Origin: Nemertoderma westbladi
Lineage: Eukaryota > Animalia > Xenacoelomorpha
Assembly: GCA_032718475.1 (NCBI GenBank)
Contig: JAUCBJ010000519.1
Coordinates: 32,556 to 96,555, forward strand
Reading direction: 5' to 3'
DNA length: 64,000 bases
The notes beneath the pieces are model-generated. The model made no database searches and had not been told where the DNA came from. It worked only from the letters and a program-made list of their open reading frames with translations. Both the position numbers and the translations under genes were made by a program. Position 1 is the stretch's first letter; each line of letters starts with the position of its first letter. Of the stretch, positions 1 through 13,300 are shown in pieces.

Positions 1-885
1 TCGGAGGCTAATTGTGCAGCAGAAGGGGAGGTTGAACAGTTAAAAATATGGAGGCGGTCTTGGCAGCACTCGCCACAGAATATGCAAATACACTGCGGTG
101 ATAGGTCGTGGAATGAAGTTTTGTTCGTACATAGTTTATGGTGGAACCCATGACAGGTTGCTCGCGTAATTACGTGTCGGTTTCGCTGGCCCGGGGCTCT
201 CCAGCCCATTGATGTGAACGCCGGCCCTCTCCGATATCCCTCAGACTCGAATTTTGCAATCCTTTCCCTTCGAAAGGCAAAATATTGGTCAAGAACATCA
301 GGCTTGAAACTAGCTTTTGTGTTGTTTTTCAGTATGTCCTCTATCTGTGTTCCTTCTCCTATAATATTCAGTGCCAAGGTTGACGAAGCGGTTTTGTGAA
401 GGCCGAGTAAACGTTTTGCATATGTAGATTGGATTTTGTCCAACTCCTGTAAATTATGTAGTTTTAGAAATCTGCTATAGGTAGGAAATGTGTATAGTAC
501 CATAGGTGAGATTTTGCCATTGTATATTTTCATTGCTGTAGAAACTGAAAGTAATTGTAAATTCTTTAGGGATCCAATAATCTGGTAAGGATTTTGTTTT
601 TTGGATTTAATGTGGTTTGTAAAGCATAGGCTCGATTGTATTGTTAATCCAAGGTATTAATATTCGTTTGCTAACAACACTGGGTTTCCGTTATAAGTGA
701 ACTTGTCAGTTTCCGATAGCCGACCGCCCTTTCTAAATTTAACTATTTTTGTTTTTTTTTCAGGTTAAGCTGCATTCCATTTGTTTGGCACCATTCGTAT
801 ATAGCATCGAGAGATAGTTGAATTCCTTCTTTGCTCTTCGAATACACCACAAGGTCGTCAGCGAAAAAGATAAATTTAGTCATGT
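1..885 (-). mobile_element. Non-LTR retrotransposon fragment (C-terminal part of RT), degenerate
   Basis: FADDLVVY...LDAIYEWCQTNGMQLN RT motif, followed by a YLG-type motif and a Cys/His-rich tail with frameshifts. Confidence 0.8.
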
Positions 886-1172
886 TGTAGATACTCAGAT
901 AATTTCTATAATTTAATAAAAGTTTAAACAATTTTAATATATAATTTTATCTCACTAATATTTCAGCCGTGTGAAATAAAGTGATATAATTTTTCCAAAA
1001 ACCCATTCTATACGAACAAAGCAATATACTGAAAACTTTAAGAAATTTTTATTCAAAATTGCAATCCTGAATTTCGGGATCTCGAGAGTGAGAATCCCGG
1101 TCCCGGAAATCCCGAAAGGTCTGATCCCGTTTAAACACTATTATGTATGTCTATAAATAACTCATGACTCAC

Positions 1173-1311
1173 TGATTCCATATTTTGCCTTCTTGTAAGA
1201 ATCGTCTGGAATGTTTATGAGTTTCTGTAGATTATAAACGCGGAGGTCCGAGTCGTACTTGGAACCAACGACGACAGCGGAAAGGTCGGAGCAGGCGCCC
1301 AGGGAAGACAT
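1173..1311 (-). CDS. WD40-region exon (MSSLGACSDL...DLRVYNL...KYGI)
   Basis: ttttccccgtag acceptor, gtgagt donor, phase 0/1. Confidence 0.8.
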
Positions 1312-4300
1312 CTACGGGGAAAATAAACAGTGAGTTAAATAAAGATATCTGCAGGGAAAATAAACAGGGATTTAGGGAAAATATGTAATAAAAATAAACC
1401 TCCGTTCGCCAATGTTAATACAGTTTACATTTAAATGTTTTCCAATAAAGTTTGTTTTCTATTGTTTATATTTAATCGTTTCTTTAATCCCCTACTTTAT
1501 TTGTTTATATTAATTATTATTAAATTATTATCACGCCATTAGGTTGGAAAAAGTGGAAGTCAATGATAAAAATTTACTAATTCGCATAAAGATCAGGGGC
1601 TAAAATCAGAGTTAAAATTAGTTAAAATAAGTTAAAATTTCAAGTATCAGTTAAAGGTTAGCACAGTGGTGTAGAGGTCGAATTGTCACTTGGCATTGGA
1701 GTAGGTGGTTATAGCTTTGCGTTTATTGTTTATATTATTTGTATATATTGTTTACCTTTGAATGCTTCCCCCCATTGTTTACCAATGTTTACCTTTGAAT
1801 GTTTCCCCCCATTGTTTACCAATGTTTACCTTTGATTGTTTTCCCCTATTGTTTACCAATGTTTACCTTTAATTGTTTTCCCCTATTGTTTACCAATGTT
1901 TACCTTTGAATGTTCCCCCTATTGTTTACCAATGTTTACCTTTAATTGTTTTCCCCTATTGTTTACCAATGTTTACCTTTGAATGTTTCCCCCCTATTGT
2001 TTACCAATGTTTACCTTTGATTGTTTTCCCCTATTGTTTACCAATGTTTACCTTTGATTGTTTTCCCCTATTGGTTACCAATGTTTACCTTTGAATGTTT
2101 CCCCCCTATTGTTTACCAATGTTTACCTTTGATTGTTTTCCCCTATTGTTTACCAATGTTTACCTTTGAATGTTTCCCCCTATTGTTTACCAATGTTTAC
2201 CTTTGAATGTTTCCCCCTATTGTTTACCAATGTTTACCTTTGAATGTTCCCCCCCTATTATTTACCAATGTTTACCTTTAATTGTTCCCCCCCATTGTTT
2301 ACCAATGTTTACCTTTAATTGTTTTCCCCTATTGTTTACCAATGTTTACCTTTGAATGTTTCCCCCTATTGTTTACCAATGTTTACCTTTGATTGTTTTC
2401 CCCTTTTGTTTACAAATGTTTACCTTTGATTGTTTTCCCCTATTGTTTACCAATGTTTACCTTTGAATGTCCTCCCTATTGTTTACCAATGTTTACCTTT
2501 GATTGTTTCCCCCTATTGTTTACCAATGTTTACCTTTGAATGTTTTCCCCTATTGTTTACCAATGTTTACCTTTGATTGTTTTCCCCTATTGTTTACAAA
2601 TGTTTACCTTTGATTGTTTCCCCCTATTGTTTACCAATGTTTACCTTTGAATGTTTTCCCCTATTGTTTACCAATGTTTACCTTTGATTGTTTTCCCCTA
2701 TTGTTTACAAATGTTTACCTTTGAATGTTTCCCCCTATTGTTTACCAATGTTTACCTTTGAATGTTTCCCCCTATTGTTTACCAATGTTTACCTTTGATT
2801 GTTTTCCCCTATTGTTTACCAATGTTTACCTATGAATGTTTTCCCCTATTGTTTACCAATGTTTACCTTTGAATGTATCCTCCCCCCCCCCCCCCCCTAT
2901 TGTTTACCAATGTTTACCTTTGAATGTTTCCCCTATTGTTTACCAATGTTTACCTTTGATTGTTTTCCCCTATTGTTTACCAATGTTTACCTTTGAATGT
3001 TTTCCCCTATTGTTTACCAATGTTTACCTTTGAATGTTTCCCGTATTGTTTACCAATGTCTACCTTTGAATGTTTCCCCTCTATTGTTTACCAATGTTTA
3101 CCTTTGAATGTTTCCCCTCTATTGTTTACCAATGTTGACCTCTAATTGTTTTCCCCTATTGTTTATCAATGTTTACCTTTGAATGTTTCCCCTATTGTTT
3201 ACCAATGTTTACCTTTGAATGTTTCCCCATATGTTTATGATCTTCTGTCTCTAGATTCCACACCGATATTTCGGTGGTGTGACTGACGGATGAGGCTGAC
3301 AGACACATGGCATGGGTACCGGCTCGATTGATGTAAAGTTCAGATAGTAAATCGAAACCACAACCTGGAAAATAATTAGTTTGTAAGATCTTAAAGTTAT
3401 TCATATTTAAGTGATCTATGATCACTAAAATTCATGATAATGTGACGTGCTGTGGCATCTGATGTGGCACTAAATGATCTACGATCACTAACCTTTTAGC
3501 TAATCGACGATCACTGACGTTTTGGCTAATCTACGAGTACTGATATTTTAGCTGATCTACGATCACTGACCTTTCAGCTAATCTACGATCACTGACATTT
3601 TAGCTAATCTACGATCACGTCCCTTTTAGCTAATCTTCGATCACTGACATTTTAGCTGATCTACGATCACTGACCTTTTAGCTAATCTACGATCACTGAC
3701 GTTTTGGCTAATCTACCATTACTGACCTTTTAGCTAATCTACGATCACTGACCTTTTAGCTGATCTACGATCACTGACGTTTTGGTTAATCTGCGATTAC
3801 TGACCTTTAGCTGATCTACAATCACTGACCTATTAGCTGATCTACGATCACTGACCTTTTAGCTAATCTACGATCACTGACATTTTGGCTAATCTACGAT
3901 TACTGATATTTTAGCTGATCTACGATCACTGACCTTTTAGCTAATCTACGATCACTGACGTTTTGGCTAATCTACGATTTCTGATATTTTAGCTGATCTA
4001 CGATCACTGACCTTTCAGCTAATCTACGATCACTGACATTTTAGCTAATCTACGATCACGTCCCTTTTAGCTAATCTTCGATCACTGACATTTTAGCTGA
4101 TCTACGATCACTGACCTTTCAGCTAATCTACGATCACTGACATTTTAGCTAATCTACTATCACGTCCCTTTTAGCTAATCTTCGATCACTGACATTTTAG
4201 CTAATCTACGATCACTGACCTTTTAGCTGATCTACGATCACTGACGTTTTGGCTAATCTGCGATTACTGACCTTTTAGCTGATCTACGATCATGGACCTT

Positions 4301-7300
4301 TTAGCTAATCTTCGATCACTGACCTTTTAGCTGATCTACGATCACTGACCTTTTAGCTAATCTACGATCACTGCCGTTTTGGCTAATCTACCATTACTGA
4401 CCTTTTAGCTAATCTACGATCACTGACCTTTTAGCTGATCTACGATCACTGACGTTTTGGCTAATCTACGATTACTGACCTTTTAGCTGATCTACGATCA
4501 CGGACCTTTTAGATAATCTACGATCACTGACCTTTTAGCTGATCTACGATCACTGACCTTTTAGCTAATCTACGATCACTGACCTTTTAGCTAATCTACG
4601 ATCACTGACGATTTGGCTAATCTACCATTACTGACCTTTTAGCTGATCTACGATCACTGACATTTTAGCTAATCTACGATCACGGACCCTTTAGATAATA
4701 TACGATCACTGACGTTTTGGCTAATCTAAGATTACTGACCTTTTAGCTGATCTACGATCACGGACCTTTTAGATAATCTACGATCACTGACCTTTTAGCT
4801 GATCTACGATCACTGACCTTTTAGCTAATCTACGATCACTGACCTTTTAGCTAATCTACGATCACTGACGATTTGGCTAATCTACCATTACTGACCTTTT
4901 AGCTGATCTACGATCACTGACCTTTTAGCTAATCTACGATCACGGACCCTTTAGATAATCTACGATCACTGACGATTTGGCTAATCTACCATTACTGACA
5001 TTTTAGCTGATCTACGATCACTGACCTTTTAGCCAATCTACGATCACTGACCTTTTAGCTGATCTACGATCACTGACCTTTTAGCTAATCTACGATCACG
5101 GACCCTTTAGATAATCTACAATCACTGACGTTTTGGCTAATCTACGATTACTGACCTCTTAGCTGATCTACGATCACGGACCTTATAGCTAATCGACGAT
5201 CACTGACCTTTTAGCTGATCTACGATCACTGACCTTTTAGCTAATCTACGATCACGGACTCTTTAGATAATCTACGATCACTGACGTTTTGGCTAATCTA
5301 CGATCACGGACCTTCAGCTGATCTACTGACCTTTAGCAGTTCGCAGATGTTTCCCGTTTGTGTTACTAAATATATCGAGGGCAAATATTTCATTGAATCT
5401 CAACAACTGGAACCGACAACCGACAACGTAGTAGTCCCTGGAAACACCGACAGACGAAATGCAGGTTCCCGGTTCCGGACATCTGAGGTCGAACACGAGG
5501 TTCCCTGTCCGGACGTTCCGGACATGGGCGGTGTCCGAACCTCGGAATGCGTGGATTACCTAAAATGTAAGTTAGAATTTCTATGAGTTCTAGCCAAGAA
5601 GGTCACCATGTCCAATATATTTACTCCCAAAGACTGGCGACTTATTTCCAGTGCGGTCCCCCCAGAATCATACTCCCCAGAGGAAACTCCAATAATTCCA
5701 GGAAACTCCACTCATTTAGTTAATTGTGTAAGGCAGATATGCCTTGCACAATGCCTTGGCTAGTCCCTTCAAAGCATTCTTGGCCAGACGGAAACTACCC
5801 CGCCCCCCATGCGGGGACCGAACCCACGACCTCTGGAATGTGAATTTAAGTCAACGGATTTAACCACTACGCCAAGTTGGCACACACCACTGTTCTACGT
5901 TGCACAATTTACCGCGTTCTATAATGTTGTGTCTTTACATTGATACTATTAGGCCTGCCTCTCCCGATTGGCTATAAACTTAGTAATAATTTAGTATTAA
6001 TTATTCTGCACGTATTACATTTCATTTATAATAAACTCATTGTATTTTATTCCCACCTGTTCGTTGTTAGTTGTTGTAGAAACAGCTAAGGAATTATTTC
6101 TGTTAAAACTGCCATATAAGGAGTTAATCTCCGTTATAATTCGTTCACCAATCCACTAAGGTTTCCAGAGCAGCAGAAATACAAGTTTATTGGTTAGTGG
6201 TAAATAAAACGCAATTGAGATGGAAGTTTAAACTATAAATTATTCGATTATGGAGAAACTGCCCAGACATGGTTAGTGACTCAGAATCTAAAGAAGTCTT
6301 AGTCAAATATAATAAACTAACTAAGAGTATATAATATATTTCAAAGTCTGTTGTAAAAAATATAGTTAAAGGAAATAAAATAATGCAAAAAAACTGTCTA
6401 TAATAGGTTTCCTGCATTCAGATTGATATGTCGGCTTATCGACAAAATCGAAACAACTCCCTATCCCCAATAACTTTCGCGAGATCATCTGCATCTTCGA
6501 GGCCAATGTCCTTTAAGAGGCGTCTCAAGAAAGTCATGGGCTGTCCACCATGCAAAACACAACGTAAACCGATTGAGTTTATAATTTAATAGAAATTGAG
6601 ATGCAATGGAAATTAGTAACAAATTATAAACTAAAAACAATAAAAGGTAGTTAACAATAATTAACATTAACTTGACGCGAACGAAACAACAACGCCGAGT
6701 AACTCCCGAAACTCCCGACCTACCAGATCTCCGTGGGACCGGAGACCAGCGATAGTGGCCCGATCCCGATGTAGATTCGGTTTAGTTTTATCCTCCGCCG
6801 ATATCAGCTGAGTCTCCCGGCATTCTGCGAATCCGTTCCCGGCGTTCCACGTCTTCATGACATTGGTTCCATCGAAAAAAGAAACCACATATTGATCTGA
6901 ACGGGAAATCGTTTTAAAAATATAATTCGCTTACATTCAAAGCAGAAAACCCATAAGTAATTTAAGTAAATTTTTTAGATTTTAATGTTTTCAATATTTC
7001 GTGTAATTCGACGGTTTCTTCAGCTGGCAGAAACTTTAGGTTTTCAACCAGAAATTTTTGAATTTTAGGCAAAAAACGAATGTTAAAACCAGAAACTTCA
7101 TTATTTGTGATTATAGTATATCTATGGGATCTATGGGCGAAAACCTACCGACACCACCAAGATCCAGACCCTCCTGACTATATAGACTAACCCTCTGCCC
7201 CGGCGACAACTACAGTGGGTAGATCTATAAAATCGTAAACAACAAAGACCGGAGTGCCGCTGGTGAGATCGTAACCGGTTATGCTGGTCTGCTCGGCCAG

Positions 7301-10300
7301 TATGGCGTACTGGTTGTGGTAGGCGAGTCGTACCATACACGTTGCGGAAGAGATGTCTGTGAGTGTCTGAATGCAGACCCCAGTGCGGATGTTCCAAATC
7401 TAATAGGGGCGAAATTAAAGAGGAATTACTCTAAATCCATGAGTTTGTGTTACAATAAACATAATAATTAGAAAATTCTAAGATTCTTTAGAAGTTCATT
7501 TAATTAAATATATTGAATTTAGTTTTAATTCAGCGTGAAATAACAATGATGGGCCAAGGTGTGCTATATATCACGGCATGAAATAAAGTAACAATATTCT
7601 TTCAGTATTTCACTATCACGCTGAGGTAGGCCCAACGCCAACAGTAAGTGATTCATCACAGATGCTGACAGCACAAGCTACAAAGGTCGTTATCGGTACC
7701 GTGTAGTGAGGGGTAACCGGTATCATTCATTATGTCGCTGCCTACTGAATGAATGAACTGCCTGCAGCCTTTAGTCTGCAGACAGCCCCGGTACCGTACA
7801 ACCTAGTGTACTGTTCTGGTTCCTGTATAATATGTTAATACTGGCTGGCTGGTGTGCAACAACTTATATTTGGCGATTATTTAATTTAGCAATCAATATA
7901 AAATTAAACTCTTTGTTCTATAGAGTAACGTTTATTTGTAAACCATAAACTGATAAAATTTAGATGTATTGTTTATTCTGTATCGGTTACCTTTAACATT
8001 CTGTCTCTAGATGTAGAAGCAACTAATGTCCCATCGGTGCTGACTGTAACGGAAGTTAGGCAGTCTTTGTGGCCAATGAGCGGCTCGTACGTAGCAGAAC
8101 CGGGCTGAGTAAGACAGACATTGGAGGGAATAAGGCATGGCATTGGTGGTTTCATTGCGTCAGCGAATACCTTCGCCAGGATTGGATACTTCTTAGGATC
8201 GCCTAAACCAATAATGTTTCAGTATTACTTCAGTACTTCCACTAAAGTTCGACTATAACCTCTGCAAAAGGCTCGCCCTTTACAAAATCATACTGCTGTA
8301 GGTGTACCGGTATGTGTTTCAATCTATAATCAGCATGTTGCATTACAACTGCATTAAGAATGCTTTCATTGTAGATACTATTTGAGGCAGATTCATCTAC
8401 CCGATACATCGATTTGTCGACAAAATTGCGCCGCCACAACTCCCTATCCCCCATGACTTTCCGAGATTATCCGCACCTTCAAGGTCAGTCTCCTTTAAGA
8501 GGCTTCTCAAGAAAGCCAGATTCGTCAACCTTGCGAATTTGCTGCAAAAACACAAGATTGCGCACAGGCTGGTTCTCATTTCGAAGTCCTGCGAAGCGGA
8601 GGCGGATTTGTTCAAGTCTCAGACTTGGCGGGACTAATGGGACGCCTCCAATATTATATTGTGTTTGGTTGGAGATGTTTTCATTGCACTGCACACAATG
8701 AATCGTTAAGTCCTTAGTAACGAACCAACCTGGGGCGACTGGTACATCCTTAGTAACGAGTCCGTGCAGACGACCCACCAGTTGCGATGGGAACTGCGAG
8801 GGGTCCCCCACCAGAACCGACCGACTCAGTTTCAGCACCTCGTCGAGCAGCTTCAGTTCGGTGTCGGACGAGTCGATATCCAAGGCAGTCTGGAACTCAT
8901 CCAGACAGGACAGGTACCCGAAGGCCAACATCTTAGCCAACACGAAACCGAAGTTAAATAGACAATCCTTCCTGTAACAAGGTAATGATATAAATAAATT
9001 TAGTAATTAAAATATAATAGGAAGTGTAATAAAGTGTCACTTTATTGCACCGCAGCAAAAGTGAGTTTTTCAGGGGGTAGAAGACTAGAAATAGTTGTGC
9101 AGATATAGAGGGAATTCGTGGTGAAAAAATATTAATAAGGAAACCAAGAATTAAATTAATATGTGGGACGAGCCACTAAGTAAGAGAGCTTAGCATACGG
9201 GTAGCGCTGTGGGGCGAGCCACGAAGTAAGGGAGCTTAGTTCCAGCGTCGTTCCAACTGTTATATGTCTGTTGTCTATTGTTTACCACTAGTAACGCAGT
9301 CGGTCTTTGATGAAATTAAACCCAACCTGGTGCACAATGTATACTTTGAAAAGTATGTAACTGAAATTGAGTGTGGAGACTCAGCAGTTCTTCAGTCTGC
9401 CACTAGAGCTCTACATGACCTGGAAACGGTAGAAATAGTTGTAGCCGTGTGCTAAGCTTGCGTACTTGGTACAGCGTGAAGGCCGCGCGAATGAGTTTTA
9501 AACTTTTTCGATTTCGAGTAAAACTCTTTCTCAGATCAAGGAAATATTTTACGTCACGATAATTTCATCCTCTAAGTCAATATTCAATAATATATTAATA
9601 GGAAATAACTAAATCAACAAAATTATTTTCCATCTTTTCAAAATGAAAAGGCCTATGAAATATATTTTTATAAATTTAAATTATGGTTTTAACACCCAGA
9701 CAAACCGGAGTTACATTTTAAGTTGTTACTAAAATTACACTGAAATTAATGAAACAGGATATAATAAAAAACAGACGACAATTAATATGAAACAGAATGA
9801 ATCAGCTGGCTGCTGTCAGCTGATCACTGATTGCATGCAACGTCTAGGTTCTGTTGCTTTTTAGTTTTTTACATACTTTGGTATTAACACACCTACCGGT
9901 AAGGTTTTTTACATAACGTGCTTGATAAATAAATATATATAATTATTAATTACAATTTATTGGGGATAATTAATTAACCCTCCTGGGGGTGAGTGCGTCC
10001 ATAGCAACCCACCTTAGTGCGTCCATAGCAACCCACCTTAGTGCGTCCATAGCGACCCACCTGAGTGCGTCCATAGCGACCCACCTGAGTGCGTCCATAG
10101 CGACCCACCTGAGTGCGTCCATAGCAACCCACCTGAGTGCGTCCATAGCGACCCACCTGAGTGCGTCCATAGCAACCCACCTGAGTGCGTCCATAGCGAC
10201 CCACCTGAGTGCGTCCATAGCGACCCACCTGAGTGCGTCCATAGCAACCCACCTGAGTGCGTCCATAGCGACCCACCTGAGTGCGTCCATAGCGACACAC

Positions 10301-13300
10301 CTGAGTGCGTCCATAGCAACCCACCTTAGTGCGTCCATAGCGACCCACCTGAGTGCGTCCATAGCAACCCACCTGAGTGCGTCCATAGCAACCCACCTTA
10401 GTGCGTCCATAGCGACCCACCTGAGTGCGTCCATAGCGACCCACCTGAGTGCGTCCATAGCGACCCACCTGAGTGCGTCCATAGCGACCCACCTGAGTGC
10501 GTCCATAGCAACCCACCTGAGTGCGTCCATAGCAACCCACCTGAGTGCGTCCATAGCGACCCACCTGACTGCGTCCATAGCAACCCACCTGAGTGCGTCC
10601 ATAGCGACCCACCTGAGTGCGTCCATAGCGACCCACCTGAGTGCGTCCATAGCGACCCACCTGAGTGCGTCCATAGCGACCCACCTGAGTGCGTCCATAG
10701 CGACCCACCTGAGTGCGTCCATAGCGACCCACCTGAGTGCGTCCATAGCGACCCACCTGAGTGCGTCCATAGCGACCCACCTGAGTGCGTCCATAGCAAC
10801 CCACCTTAGTGCGTCCATAGCGACCCACCTGAGTGCGTCCATAGCGACCCACCTGAGTGCGTCCATAGCGACCCACCTGAGTGCGTCCATAGCGACCCAC
10901 CTGATGGCGTCCATGGCGACCCACCTGAGTGCGTCCATAGCAACCCACCTGAGTGCGTCCATAACGACCCACCTGAGTGCGTCCATAGCGACCCACCTGA
11001 GTGCGTCTATAGCGACCCACCTGAGTGCGTCCATGGCGACCCACCTGAGTGCGTCCATAGCAACCCACCTGAGTGCGTCCATAGCGACCCACCTGAGTGC
11101 GTCCATAGCGACCCACCTGAGTGCGTCCATAGCGACCCACCTGAGTGCGTCCATAGCGACCCACCTGAGTGCGTCCATAGCGACCCACCTGAGTGCGTCC
11201 ATAGCAACCCACCTTAGTGCGTCCATAGCGACCCACCTGAGTGCGTCCATAGCGACCCACCTGTGTGCGTCCATAGCGACCCACCTGAGTGCGTCCATAG
11301 CAACCCACCTTAGTGCGTCCATAGCGACCCACCTGAGTGCGTCCATAGCGACCCACCTGAGTGCGTCCATAGCGACCCACCTGAGTGCGTCCATAGCGAC
11401 CCACCTGAGTGCGTCCATAGCGACCCACCTGAGTGCGTCCATAGCGACCCACCTGAGTGCGTCCATAGCGACCCACCTGAGTGCGTCCATAGCAACCCAC
11501 CTTAGTGCGTCCATAGCGACCCACCTGAGTGCGTCCATAGCGACCCACCTGAGTGCGTCCATAGCGACCCACCTGAGTGCGTCCATAGCGACCCACCTGA
11601 TGGCGTCCATGGCGACCCACCTGAGTGCGTCCATAGCAACCCACCTGAGTGCGTCCATAACGACCCACCTGAGTGCGTCCATAGCGACCCACCTGAGTGC
11701 GTCTATAGCGACCCACCTGAGTGCGTCCATGGCGACCCACCTGAGTGCGTCCATAGCAACCCACCTGAGTGCGTCCATAGCGACCCACCTGAGTGCGTCC
11801 ATAGCGACCCACCTGAGTGCGTCCATAGCGACCCACCTGAGTGCGTCCATAGCGACCCACCTGAGTGCGTCCATAGCGACCCACCTGAGTGCGTCCATAG
11901 CAACCCACCTTAGTGCGTCCATAGCGACCCACCTGAGTGCGTCCATAGCGACCCACCTGTGTGCGTCCATAGCGACCCACCTGAGTGCGTCCATAGCAAC
12001 CCACCTTAGTGCGTCCATAGCGACCCACCTGAGTGCGTCCATAGCGACCCACCTGAGTGCGTCCATAGCGACCCACCTGAGTGCGTCCATAGCGACCCAC
12101 CTGAGTGCGTCCATAGCAACCCACCTGAGTGCGTCCATAGCGACCCACCTGAGTGCGTCCATAGCAACCCACCTGAGTGCGTCCATAGCGACCCACCTGA
12201 GTGCGTCCATAGCAACCCACTTTAGTGGTCCATAGCAACCCACCTGAGTGCGTCCATAGCAACCCACCTTAGTGCGTCCATAGCAACCCACCTTAGTGCG
12301 TCCATAGCGACCCACCTGAGTGCGTCCATAGCATTAGCGTTAATTAAATGGTGCGACATTTCCTGTAGTTTACGAAGATTCAGACGACCCCCGTCTATGT
12401 AGGTCGGTTGCTTAGTAACCAAGGCGAATCTAGGTTCGGGGACATCTTCTCCGGACCCCCCGGGGGTGTTCGTGAGTTTCCGACCCAGGAAATATTCCGA
12501 GACTATTGTGTGGTAACTGGGGGCCTTGTCCCGGTTCTCTAAGTATCTGTGAGATAGTGAAAAACCGGGTTACAGACGAGCTGAATCTAACCAAAACAAT
12601 AAACGGCTGTCAACTAAGCGCTCGAAACAATAAAATCAAGATAATAATTACACATTAACTTAAAATAAAATGACTAATTACTGTCTACCAAATAGTGACA
12701 ACGTGTTAATCTTTACATGGGAAAAAAAGGCCAACATACTGAAGTACTGAGGCAGAAATGATTGTTGTGAAAAAATTGTATTGAATCTTGGGTTTATAAC
12801 TCGTTACTCTTGGATAGTAAAATTCCAAAAATTTTTATAATTAAAATTATTGAATTAAAATAACTAAATAAATAACTGATTAGGTTGAGGGTATAAATTG
12901 TATTACATTACGTACAATACAAACGATATACTGTAGCTGCTACAGAGGAAGAAACTAACCTATCAGAAGCGGCTTCTCGAACTGTCCTGTTGTTCCATTG
13001 GATAGTGTAACCGTCACCCACGCGGTAGTCCAATATATAGGGCTCAAGTTGAACCCTCAACCTCAACCAATTAGCTACGGGGAACCTCGAAACCCTACCC
13101 ACGCTAGAACCAATAGCAACCTCGTCCATACAGGCCTTGTCCATCGTGAGTAAGTCTACAAGTTCTGGGGTTGATACTCCGGCCTGATTGGCTGATATGT
13201 AACCTAGAGTCCGTCTCACTGTGGCCTCGCCGAATTCCATTTCTAACCGCTGGAATACGGATTGGATCATCTTGTTACCGTTAGATGGCGCTAGGTTCCC

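Noticed and set aside
1873-3145. Hydrophobic repeat ORFs (PIVYQCLPL...)
   Set aside because: Satellite translations with a unit length not divisible by three.
8485-8729. Extension of the exon ORF past 8730
   Set aside because: Read-through into an RTE fragment; the donor at 8729 matches the phase of the next exon.
9970-12315. Three overlapping 750-780-aa ORFs
   Set aside because: By-products of a stop-free 24-bp repeat that is open on both strands, not independent genes.
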